Part shown: positions 28,607 through 39,817 of the stretch, one piece after another
Numbering within the stretch: the stretch's first letter is position 1
Layout: every line of letters begins with the position of its first letter
Origin: Eledone cirrhosa
Taxonomy: Eukaryota
DNA: 64,000 nucleotides
Direction: 5' to 3'
NCBI GenBank assembly: GCA_964016885.1
Contig: OZ024741.1
Span: 25,544,001 to 25,608,000, forward strand
The notes under the pieces: model-generated
Seen by the model: the letters and a program-made list of their open reading frames with translations, nothing else
Database searches by the model: none
What the model was told of the DNA's origin: nothing
Program-made: the position numbers and the translations under genes

Positions 28607-28935
28607 CTAATCTACTGGTGGTGTGTGGCCAATTGTCACACTTGGTGGGGAATTGATGGTTGTTATTGTTTGTTCTTTTTTTTTCCTTTTGTTTTTCTGT
28701 CACTTTGATCATATATTTTTGTGCGTTATATTTGTGAGGTTCCTAGCAATAAATAATTGTATTTAATCTATCTCCAGTTTAAATGGCTAACAGACACACA
28801 AACTGGAGTAAGATATATACATTGATTTAGCTAATAGAAAAAAAACACTGACCAGGGCATTATTTTGAACCTGTGACCCATGAAATCTCAAGTTCAACAA
28901 TAGTCTGATAGAGAAATGAAACAATAAATACTTAC

Positions 28936-29030
28936 TTGTAACACAGTGGTTCCAGGTTCAACATAAACTGGTTTGTCATCAACAAACAGCTCTACTTTCT
29001 CTGGGGCTGCAGTTGCTGAGGTAAGGCGAA
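28936..29030 (-). CDS. NDUFS1: NDUFS1 (complex I 75-kDa subunit) second coding exon: (V)[31 protein letters not shown]
   Basis: ttattgcag acceptor and gtaagt donor; 95 nt, phase 1 to phase 0. Peptide matches the NDUFS1 2Fe-2S domain start (human [20 protein letters not shown]). Confidence 0.93.
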
Positions 29031-29119
29031 CTGCAATAACAACAAAATATAATTTATAGATGGGCTCAATATTATTTCAAATAATTTCAACTCATAGATC
29101 TACCTCTCTAATCTCCACG

Positions 29120-31975
29120 TACCTTCCCCCACACCAGTCCCAGTGCACTGTAAAGTGGTCATTTGGGTGCCACAACAAAAGCACTCAGTCCACATTGTAC
29201 AGTGATCGTGTAGGTGTCACAACAATAAACACCCAGTCCAGACTGTAAGGTGATCGTGTAGGTGTCACGACAAAAAGCACCCAGTCCACATTGTAAAGTT
29301 ATTGTGTAGGTGTCACAACAAAAAGCACCCAGTCCACACTGTAAGGTGATCGTGTAGGTGTCACAACAAAAAGCATCTAGTCCACATTGTAAAGTTATTG
29401 TGTAGGTGTCACAACAAAAAGCATCTAGTCCACATTGTAAAGTTATTGTGTAGGTGTCACAACAAAAAGCACCCAGTCCACATTGTAAAGTTATTGTGTA
29501 GGTGTCACAACAAAAAGCACCCAGTCCACATTGTAAAGTTATTGTGTAGGTGTCACAACAAAAAGTCACCAGTCCACATTGTAAAGTTATTGTGTAGGTG
29601 TCACAACAAAAAGCACCCAGTCCACATTGTAAAGTTATTGTGTAGGTGTCACAACAAAAAGTCCCCAGTCCACATTGTAAAGTTATTGTGTAGGTGTCAC
29701 AACAAAAAGCACCCAGTCCACATTGTAAAGTTATTGTGTAGGTGTCACAACAAAAAGCACCCAGTCCACATCGTAAAGTTATTGTGTCGGTGTCACAACA
29801 AAAAGTCCCCAGTCCACATTGTAAAGTTATTGTGTAGGTGTCACAACAAAAAGCACCCAGTCCACATTGTAAAGTTATTGTGTAGGTGTCACAACAAAAA
29901 GCACCCAGTCCACATTGTAAAGTTATTGTGTAGGTGTCACAACAAAAAGTCCCCAGTCCACATTGTAAAGTTATTGTGTAGGTGTCACAACAAAAAGCAC
30001 CCAGTCCACATTGTAAAGTTATTGTGTAGGTGTCACAACAAAAAGTCCCCAGTCCACATTGTAAAGTTATTGTGTAGGTGTCACAACAAAAAGTCCCCAG
30101 TCCACATTGTAAAGTTATTGTGTAGGTCACAACAAAAAGTCCCCAGTCCACATTGTAAAGTTATTGTGTAGGTGTCACAACAAAAAGCACCCAGTCCACA
30201 TTGTAAAGTTATTGTGTAGGTCACAACAAAAAGCACCCAGTCCACATTGTAAAGTTATTGTGTAGGTGTCACAACAAAAAGCACCCAGTCCACATTGTAA
30301 AGTAATTGTGTAGGTGTCACAACAAAAGTCCCCAGTCCACATTGTAAAGTTATTGTGTAGGTGTCACGACAAAAAGCACCCAGTCCACATTGTAAAGTTA
30401 TTGTGTAGGTGTCACAACAAAAAGCACCCAGTCCACATTGTAAAGTTATTGTGTAGGTGTCACAACAAAAAGTCCCCAGTCCACATTGTAAAGTTATTGT
30501 GTAGGTCACAACAAAAAGTCCCCAGTCCACATTGTAAAGTTATTGTGTAGGTGTCACAACAAAAAGTCCCCAGTCCACATTGTAAAGTTATTGTGTAGGT
30601 CACAACAAAAAGTCCCCAGTCCACATTGTAAAGTTATTGTGTAGGTGTCACAACAAAAAGCACCCAGTCCACATTGTAAAGTTATTGTGTAGGTGTCACA
30701 ACAAAAAGCACCCAGTCCACATTGTAAAGTTATTGTGTAGGTGTCACAACAAAAAGTCCCCAGTTCACATTGTAAAGTTATTGTGTAGGTCACAACAAAA
30801 AGCACCCAGTCCACATTGTAAAGTTATTGTGTAGGTGTCACAACAAAAAGCACCCAGTCCACATTGTAAAGTTATTGTGTAGGTGTCACAACAAAAAGCA
30901 CCCAGTCCACATTGTAAAGTTATTGTGTAGGTGTCACAACAAAAAGTCCCCAGTCCACATTGTAAAGTTATTGTGTAGGTGTCACAACAAAAAGTCCCCA
31001 GTCCACATTGTAAAGTTATTGTGTAGGTCACAACAAAAAGTCCCCAGTCCACATTGTAAAGTTATTGTGTAGGTGTCACAACAAAAAGCACCCAGTCCAC
31101 ATTGTAAAGTTATTGTGTAGGTCACAACAAAAAGCACCCAGTCCACATTGTAAAGTTATTGTGTAGGTGTCACAACAAAAAGCACCCAGTCCACATTGTA
31201 AAGTAATTGTGTAGGTGTCACAACAAAAGTCCCCAGTCCACATTGTAAAGTTATTGTGTAGGTGTCACGACAAAAAGCACCCAGTCCACATTGTAAAGTT
31301 ATTGTGTAGGTGTCACAACAAAAAGCACCCAGTCCACATTGTAAAGTTATTGTGTAGGTGTCACAACAAAAAGTCCCCAGTCCACATTGTAAAGTTATTG
31401 TGTAGGTCACAACAAAAAGTCCCCAGTCCACATTGTAAAGTTATTGTGTAGGTGTCACAACAAAAAGTCCCCAGTCCACATTGTAAAGTTATTGTGTAGG
31501 TCACAACAAAAAGTCCCCAGTCCACATTGTAAAGTTATTGTGTAGGTGTCACAACAAAAAGCACCCAGTCCACATTGTAAAGTTATTGTGTAGGTGTCAC
31601 AACAAAAAGCACCCAGTCCACATTGTAAAGTTATTGTGTAGGTGTCACAACAAAAAGTCCCCAGTTCACATTGTAAAGTTATTGTGTAGGTCACAACAAA
31701 AAGCACCCAGTCCACATTGTAAAGTTATTGTGTAGGTGTCACAACAAAAAGCACCCAGTCCACATTGTAAAGTTATTGTGTAGGAGTCACAACAAAAAGC
31801 ACCCAACATACACAGTTAAGTGGTTGACGTTAGGAAGGCATCCAGCCATAGAAACCTAGCCAGAAACAGTTCTATAAGTACAAGACATGGTCATCTGATC
31901 TGGTTTATCTCACAACGGGACAACTCGTCTAACCCATGCTAGCGTGGAAAAATGGACGTTAAACGGTGGCGATGA
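29120..31975 (+). mobile_element. RTE 3'-UTR-only fragment containing an expanded 48-bp array
   Basis: Flanks match the RTE 3' UTR at 28330-28606 (gttaggaaggcatccagc...ctaacccatgctagcgtgga...ggacgttaaac). Confidence 0.8.
29139..31805. repeat. 48-bp minisatellite, about 55 units, consensus GTAGGTGTCACAACAAAAAGCACCCAGTCCACATTGTAAAGTTATTGT, with a 901-bp higher-order duplication
   Basis: Read directly. Diagnostic variant agtaattg recurs at 30301 and 31202, and the ORF track repeats at a 901-bp offset. Confidence 0.97.
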
Positions 31976-32194
31976 ATAACCCCATTGTAAAGGATAATTA
32001 TCACATTATTATTATTATTAGAAACAATATCAAAATAGAATGTTGTGCAAGATGTGGTTCTTTGGCCCATTTAGGATGGCAGTAACTTTGAATAAGAACT
32101 GAGATCATGACATCCTGTCCATGCTAGCATGGAAACAGGCATGATATAATAAAGACAACAGATTAATAGAATCGGTAGAGCATCAGATATTTTA

Positions 32195-33630
32195 GTGTAC
32201 TGGTGCAGCAGTATTCTCATAAATTGCTACAAAGGTAAAGGAGATGCTCTGGAGAGGAGCAATTATAGGGGTATAAAACTGATGGATCAGGTTATGAAAG
32301 TGGCAGAAAGCATATTAGCACAACTAATTAGAGAAAGAGTCAAACTAGATGAGATGCAGTTTGGTTTTGTGCCTGGGAAGAGTACAACAGATGCCCTCTT
32401 CTTGGTGAGACAATTACAAGAGAGGTTCTTAGAGAAAAATAAGTTGAGGAATGGCTTGTGAGGACAGTGCAAACTTTGTACAGAGGTGCTGTCAGTAAAG
32501 TCAGGGTAGGAATGGAGTTTAGTGAGGAATTCTAGATACAAGTAGGAGTACATCAAGGTTTGGTCCTCAGTCCGCTCTTGTTCATTATCGTCCTCCAAGC
32601 GATAACAGAGGAGTTTAAGACTGGCTGTCCATAGGAACTTCTCTATGCTGTCGATCTGGTTCTTATAGCAGAATCAGTAGAGAAGCTAGAGAATGAATTC
32701 TGGCTATGGAAACAGCAGTTGGAAGCAAGAGGACTGAGAGTGAACCTAGCTAAGACAAAAGTGTTGATGAGTAGAAAAGAGGACAAAACTCTGATTCCGT
32801 CAGGGAAATGGCCATGTTCGATATGCAGAAAAGGAACTGGCATAAATTCTATAAAATGCACACAATGCAGATACTGGGTACACAAGAGATGTAGCGGGAT
32901 AGCAGGCAAACTAACAGGTAGGGAGAAATACGTATGCAGTAGATGTACAGGGAAATTAGACAGTAGAAGTTGCATTGATACACACATTTTTCAAATGCAG
33001 GTGGGTGCTATAGAAGTGGTTGAAAGCTTCTGGTACCTAGATCAGATTAGCATGGGAGAGGAGTGTTCCGAGGACATAGTATCTAGAATGACAGGTTGGA
33101 AGAAGTTTAGGGAGCTGCTTCCTCTGCTGACGAAGAAGGGTTTCTCCTTGCGTACAAAAGGCTGGTTATATGATGCCTGTGTGAGGAGTGCGATTCTGCA
33201 TGGTAGTGAGATATGGGCAGCAACTGCAGAGGGTATGCGACGGCTGGAGAGAAATGAGGCAAGCATGCTCCGTTGGATGTGCAATGTCAATGTGCATGAA
33301 CGATCCAGCATGAATGTGTTGAGAGAGAAACTGTCTGAGAGGAATAGAATGTAGTGTACGAGAGAGGAGACTGAGGTGGTATGGACATGTGATGCGTATG
33401 GCGGATGACCGATGGGTGAAGAAGTGCCAGGAAATGCCAATTGAAGGAAGACATGGTAGAGGTAGACCATGAAAAACATGGGCGGAGGTGGTGAGAACAG
33501 ACCTCAGATCGCTGAAGCTCACGGTGGAGATGACGAAGGACCGTGACAAGTGGAGAGATGCTGTGCTGAATAAGACCCGTCCCACCCTTGCAAGCAGGGA
33601 AAAGCAGACGTATGATGATGATGATGATGA
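32195..33630 (+). mobile_element. RTE-clade LINE fragment (second subfamily), degenerate RT, PHD-like finger, (GAT)n tail
   Basis: SNYRGIKLMDQVMK, QFGFVPGKSTTDA, KWPCSICRKG..CTQC..VHKRC..CSRC; several stops and frameshifts. Confidence 0.9.
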
Positions 33631-33669
33631 TTTAATAGCAACAGTATTTGGCCACACTAATTTAATTGT

Positions 33670-33855
33670 TTCTATTTTGGGCACAAGGCCAGCAATTATT
33701 CCAGTGTATTACCGGGTACTTTATTTTATCGACCCTGTAACGGATGAAAGGCAAAGTTAACCTCGGTGGGATTTGAACTCAGATCATAAAGGGACGTAAC
33801 TCTATGCTACAAAGCCTGGCGTCCGACACTCTACCGATACTGCCAATCCCCCACA
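33670..33855 (-). mobile_element. tRNA-derived SINE
   Basis: Reverse-strand B-box GAGTTCAAATCCC near 33770. The body (gatgaaaggcaaagttaacctcggtgggatttgaactcag) recurs at 34900, 58165 and 59090. Confidence 0.7.
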
Positions 33856-34105
33856 CTAATTTAGTGTGGGCTGGACTCAATAAAGAGAGAGGATATTTTG
33901 GTGCACTTTCTACATGAAGTATTTATAAAATGGATGTTTATATATAATGGCTAAAAATAATTTAAACTACAGAAAATTAAGTCCTTCATTAGAGAAGGAA
34001 TAAAGCAAAGTTATCAAGATTTTCTATTTAGAATTGTAATTCACCATTGTGGAAGTAATGTATCGTCAGGGAAGAGTGTAAAAGAAGTAAGAGAGATGTA
34101 CTTAC

Positions 34106-34160
34106 CACACGTTATGCTACCCGATCTCTGAAAAAGCTTCAGAGATGCTAGGCGTAACAT
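34106..34160 (-). CDS. NDUFS1: NDUFS1 first coding exon, mitochondrial presequence [18 protein letters not shown]
   Basis: taatccag acceptor at 34169-34171, ccatcaagATG start, gtaagt donor. The phase-1 end joins the 29030 exon in frame (G+TT=Val). Arg/Ser/Leu-rich with no acidic residues. Confidence 0.88.
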
Positions 34161-34261
34161 CTTGATGGCTGGATTAAAAGAAATATAATATTAATATAAA
34201 TAACTGATATTAAAGCAGATAATTAATTTATGCACAAGGCCAGCAAATTAGTAAATTTATA

Positions 34262-34800
34262 TATACACATTTACACAGCCCCAGCCAACTCTATATTGTA
34301 TATATACCAGTCCTATACGAGCAAGACAACCAATCTTGCCTCAAGTGGGACAATTCCTCTCTAAACCCATACTAGCGTGGAAGGTAGACGTTAAACGATG
34401 ATGATGATGACATAGTCCTGTTAACTATATATTGTATATACATATTTACACAGTCCTGGCTAACTATATACTGTATACACACATTTACACAGTCCTGGCT
34501 AACTATATACTGTATACACACATTTACACAGTCCTCGCTAACTATATACTGTATATATACATATTTACACAGTCCTGGCTAACTATATACTGTATACACA
34601 CATTTACACAGTCCTGGCTAACTATATACTGTATACACACATTTACACAGTCCTCGCTAACTATATACTGTATATATACACATTTACACAGTCCTGGCTA
34701 ACTATATACTGTATACACACATTTACAGTCCCAGCTAACTATATACTGTATATATAAATTTACACAGTCCTAGCTAACGCTATACTGTATACACACATAT
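34262..34800. repeat. 39-bp minisatellite (ACACAGTCCTGGCTAACTATATACTGTATACACACATTT), about 11 units, interrupted by an RTE 3' tip at about 34308-34410
   Basis: Read directly. The insert ends GACGTTAAACGATGATGATGATGA. Confidence 0.9.
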
Positions 34801-34884
34801 ATAACTTTATTATATACCTCAGCTACTTAGAGTACAACTTAATATATGTCTTAATTAAATACCAACACATTTATTAACAACCTA

Positions 34885-34995
34885 CTATCGACCTCGAAAG
34901 GATGAAAGGCGAAGTTGACCTCGGCAGGATTTGAACTCAGAGAAAGCAGAGTCGGAATGAATACCATAAGGCAATCTATCCGACGTTGTAACGAA
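34885..34995 (-). mobile_element. tRNA-derived SINE fragment
   Basis: gatgaaaggcgaagttgacctcggcaggatttgaactcag, same family as 33670-33855. Confidence 0.65.
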
Positions 34996-36017
34996 TGAAA
35001 AAATTGGGGCCTAAACTCCTTTTAGCTGAACATATTGTATATCTGGATATATAGACTAAATAACTGTTGTTTTTTTTTTTATTAAATCTATAATGAACTA
35101 CTTCAATAGAAGAAATAGCAGTACGTGTGTTAGTAAATAACAATCCTACGGATTTTATATATTATTCGTCTAACCTATGCTAGCGTGGAGAAATGGATAT
35201 TAAACGGTGATGATGATGATTTATCAGAAACTTACTGATGTTCTAAATATACATAGTTTTACTAGTTTTAATACCGAATATGAGACAGATGTTGGTAGAG
35301 AGGATCATGAATAACAAAGATCTTAAACTATAAGAGGTTGTTAAATTATATCAAGCGGTTAATGATAGTTTTTATCGATGTTTAGTACATATAAAAACAT
35401 TAATGTGACTAAAAATTTATAAATTGATCAGTATATAGATTGTGTTCATAATCAGGTATTTATGATAACTAGAGTTAATAGCAAGAAGTCTGTTTGTTAA
35501 TAAATAAAAACTTTTGTTTTGTTTTTTCTACGAACTACACAGATAGTGAGTATAAAGGACAGAAATATATCATTGGTATTTATTATATTCTAGTTGGGTG
35601 TTAGTACTGAAAGTCAATCTAATAGATATCACCACGTTATGCAATAAAATGACCCCTGGCACCAAAATGGTCCCTAAAAATAGTAGCCAAATCGATCAAA
35701 TAACACACCAGTAACGTATTAACAATTGAATATTCCGTATTATCTTAGAGAGTTAACAGTTCGGAATAAGAGAGGGACAATGTCTTCAGACAGTGTATGA
35801 GAATCGCTAAGGACACCTTGAGAATATCTTTAGACACTCTTCTCTTTACGTTGCTTCTCCACTTAGTCCCGAGTTACTCTAATGGTTTTCACACATAAAA
35901 CAAATCATTTAATGCTTCAGTTAATCTATAAAAGAATTGGTTGGTATCCCAAGTGTTAATATAATAGAGTTGTCAACGAAAATATAAAAAAAAGTGAAGA
36001 TATTACATACCACTCAC

Positions 36018-36062
36018 TTCGTCCTTAGACTCGATAGCAGTGAAGGTAAACCGTTAGTTTCG
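36018..36062 (-). other. NDUFS1: Putative non-coding first exon / TSS region of NDUFS1
   Basis: Strong minus-strand donor GAA|GTGAGT at 36017-36012 in a short GC-richer island within AT-rich DNA. The ATG exon has an acceptor, so an upstream exon is required. The 5' boundary is a guess. Confidence 0.45.
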
Positions 36063-37224
36063 GATTATTATTATTTGGTCAAAATTTTGTTCAACAATAA
36101 AATTTTCGTTTTCATCTTCCTTTGAGATGATTTTATAAATAATAAAATATTATATTAAACACATTAAAGTTTTCTATGAAGAAACTTGGTTCATAAGCAC
36201 TTTAATACTGTGTTTAAAAATGTATTACTAACTCTGTAGTATTATGATGTCAAAGGTGATTTATAGAGGACATTTTTTTTTTTTTTTTCACCTATCATAA
36301 ATTGATGGGAAAATAATATCAAAACTTAAAATATTTGAAAATGTAAGCTTTATTTGAAAAAATGTAAGCTTTAAATAAAATGCTAATTTTTATATTTATA
36401 CTAGAACGTTACCCGCCATATGTAGGGTCTTGTATTAATAAGGTAACAACAGGTTACAAATGTAAAACGCTTAAAATTTTATTTTAATTTTTTTTTAGAT
36501 TGTATGGTGCTTACATAAATTAATAAAATGAATAATAATTTTAAGAATAAAAATACGATCTTTCATAGGTGGTGCGGAATGTAAACAAAAAAAAAATGAC
36601 ATTTCCTTCCAAAGCAACCTTCGGTCATCTTCGGTGAAAGTATTTGTGGTAAATGATGTATCCTAGTTGGATTGTTTATCGACATAGACGTGAGGGAAGG
36701 TCCCTCGTCTATTTACCATTTTTGTAAGTGAGAATTATAACAAAGTGAGTGGGTGTGTGCGTAAACAAGACAATAACCACAACGAGAGTTATATTCAACA
36801 AATGTAAATAATGGTGATGTTTATTTTGTTTATATGTGTTTATTATATTACAAATGAAACACCAAATATAGACGCGGTCAGTTGTGGTGAAGGGAGCGTA
36901 TTACAATTACAAAGGTATTGTGGGGTTTGCTGTTTGCTGTTCCCTTGGCTGTTTATCGTTTCGTGGTACAGGGGCTGTTTTCTGTGGCGTGTATGCCGTC
37001 TGCTTTCCCGTGGCTGTCTGCTGGTTACCTCGGTGTTCTCCACCAGGGGGAGACAACTAGGCCTGATCCATTATCCGCCAGGGTGCGTAAGGCGTCTTAC
37101 TACATATTCGCCGGTGAAATTAAGATCTTCGTAATTTTTGAAAGGCGAAAAAATAAATTAACCATCAATTCACCACCAAAGGCGATAATCGGTCGCACAT
37201 CACAAAGTGCAATGTAACTTAAGG

Positions 37225-38467
37225 GGTTACATTTGCTTGGCAGGCTTAACGGGAGCCCTCCTACCTCTCTTTCGGTGACCAAATCATCACCTCTGTCTCA
37301 GGAGTCCAACAGGGTGACGCACCCGAGCCCGATCTGTTTGCACTGGGCGTTGATGACGTCATCAAGATGGAGGTTGGGTTGGACCTCAATGTCTGGTACC
37401 TCGACGACGCTTGTTTGGGGGGAACTCCGGATATGGTTCTCGCCACTGCAAAATGGTTGAGGAGCTTGGCCGCCGGGGTCTCCAGGTCAATAGCTCTAAA
37501 TGTGAGCTCTGGATCCTCAACCACCCGGCTTCTCAACACCAACAGCTAATCGACCTGTTTGCAGAGTCTTTCCCTTCCATCGCGGCCCCTCCTCCGTCGG
37601 CTTGATGCTCCTTAGGAGCCCCAATCACAGAGCTGGCCTTCGAGTCAATCTTCCAATCGAAGATGGTTGGCCTTGAGCAGCTGCTGAAGAATATTGAAGT
37701 TATCGAACCCCATCATGGTTTTTTCATACTCAGGAACTACCTGTCTATTCCTAAGCTTCTGTATCTACTCAGGTCAGCCCCTCTCACAGATTTCAGTCCT
37801 GCCTCCAACGCTTCGACGACCTAATCTTCGAGAGATTCGAGTGCCTGGTCAATGTTAGACTCTTTCCAGAGTCCCGCGATCAGGCTGCGTTGCCCAAGCG
37901 TTTGGGGGTCTTGGTCTTCGTAAGTGTTCGTCCCTCTCTCTCCCCTGCTTCCTTTCCTCCACCCACGCTTGCTCCACTCTGGTGAACAGCACCCCTCCTC
38001 TCCATCATGGAATAGTTCCAACAGGGAATTGGGTGAAGCTCTCCAGCAATGGAGTGAGTTGGGCTTGTCTCTTCCTGAGAAGGTGGAGGACAGTCGAAGT
38101 CAGAGAACTTGGGACAGCATAAGTTCGAAGGCCACCTTCGACTCCCTCTTCGTCCAGTCAGATAAATTTGCAAAGTGCCGCTTACTATCTGCCAGCGCCA
38201 AATACTCAGGTGACTGGGTTGATGCCCTACCCGTGGCCAACGCTGGTAGCCTACTCAACCTGGACGAACTTCGTGTCTCCATCGCCCTCAGAGTGGGAGC
38301 TGGCGTCTGCATGGGTTTGAGGTGCCGATGCGGCAAACTCCTCGACTCCACAGGCCTCCACGGTCTTTCTTGCCGCCTGGATGCCGGCCGCTTCGCGCGT
38401 CACACGGAGCTAAACCTAATTCTCAAGAGAGCTTTGGCCCGGTCGAATATCCCCTCAATCTTAGAAC
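37225..38467 (+). mobile_element. CRE-like non-LTR retrotransposon (RLE type), 5' part: degenerate RT and CCHC knuckle
   Basis: SGVQQGD, NVWYLDD, GLQVNSSKCE, CRCG..LDSTGLHGLSC..ARH. Broken at SILE by the LTR element. Confidence 0.85.
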
Positions 38468-38721
38468 TGTAACCCAGGATTGTGTTGTTACAAAGTTTAT
38501 TTTATTACAACAATATTCAATTTGAATATTGAATGGTAAAATAATTGACACAAAATATTCATACTATAACAGTGTTGGATCGTGCACCCAGAATGGTGGA
38601 ATCCTTAATGTAAATGCCGCCCTGACTGCCATTTCTGCTGCTGATGAATCGTCGTGTGCTAGAGGCATCGTTTGTAGTGGATGATCAGAAGGTTGTGTGT
38701 CTGTTTTACGGGGTCACCAGT

Positions 38722-39440
38722 TGTAACGGAATATTATGTGTGGTTGTAACGATAAGTGGATGGATGGATGTAACTGTTGGTATGGTGGTTTCGATGTAAA
38801 GAAAAATACCAGGATTGTGTTGTTACAAAGTTTATTTTATTACAACAATATTCAATTTGAATATTGAATGGTAAAATAATTGACACAAAATATTCATACT
38901 ATAATTTGGTGGCTCTTCGAGCCACGTAAATTCAAGTATCACAGAATACGATGATAATATGTGTAAGCAGAAATGAATGGTGCGTGTACAAATGCTGGAC
39001 TCACTATGAATGCGTGTGTGCGGCGTATCAGTATATTTACTTATTTGTATTGCAGGAGTCAGCGATCAGCCAGGAAGGTGAGAATAAGTGGCAGACTGGT
39101 TTTTCGTGACGAGAGCTTGTAAAAACGACTTGTCTTGTCTGTATCTCACTTCTTTTCTGTCGGGGCGTGAACAACCCCTGTATTTATAAGAGTTGAAGTT
39201 AGAAGGATAGATATATCCTCTGAACTTTGGTTAGTCTCTCCCAAGGGATTAGTTTGCCAAGCGTAAACAAGTCAGAAAGGTGGATATATCCTCTGACCTA
39301 TTTTCTGTCAGGCGTAAACACCTCTGACCTGTGTTTAGCCTCTCCCAAGGGGTTAGTCTCTTGAGCGTAAACAAGTTACCACGGCTTGTCCCAGAAGCGG
39401 GAAAGCTCAGATTCGGTTTCGAATCTTCGCCGCCGTTATA
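38722..39440 (-). repeat. 3' LTR (719 bp)
   Basis: Matches 43896-44614 with about 3 substitutions seen by eye; bordered by the PPT (GGAAGGGGGGTAC on the minus strand). Confidence 0.95.
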
Positions 39441-39817
39441 GTACCCCCCTTCCAGTGAGAAAGCTAAGATTGAACGATCTAGGTGCATGTGAAATAAAGA
39501 TAGGTATGACTAGGTGTGTTGTTGAAGAAAATCAGTAAAAATAAAAAAACACATGAAAGTCATTTACAAACAGGAGACATGAAAGAAATCATGCAAAGCA
39601 AAAGAAATTTACATGCAGGAAAATGTACTGTGATGTTACATAAAATTGAAAATGTTCGTACGAAAAGTTTGTTGATTAAAAGTTCGTTCATTTCATAGAA
39701 ACGGAAAAATGTTCTTTTGCCTGTTCTTTTGATGTGGGTGATGCACAGAGTTAATTGATTTGTGTGTAGCAATAGTTCATGACCACAGAAATTGGCCGAT
39801 TCGTTGAAATGTACAAA

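Noticed and set aside
29159-31735. Cys/His-rich repeat proteins (CCDTYTITLQCGLGAF; CRCHNKKHPVHIVKLL)
   Set aside because: Translations of a 48-bp array derived from an RTE UTR, open on both strands, broken by 2-bp deletions, and located in an NDUFS1 intron.
34432-34701. YTHIYTVLANYIL repeat ORF
   Set aside because: Translation of the 39-bp minisatellite.
39249-39488. Duplicated small ORF (also at 44423-44737)
   Set aside because: Both copies lie in the LTRs and have no recognisable domain.
39450-39815. Possible env or extra ORF between integrase and PPT
   Set aside because: Only short ORFs of 70 aa or less, with no signal peptide or fusion-protein features.
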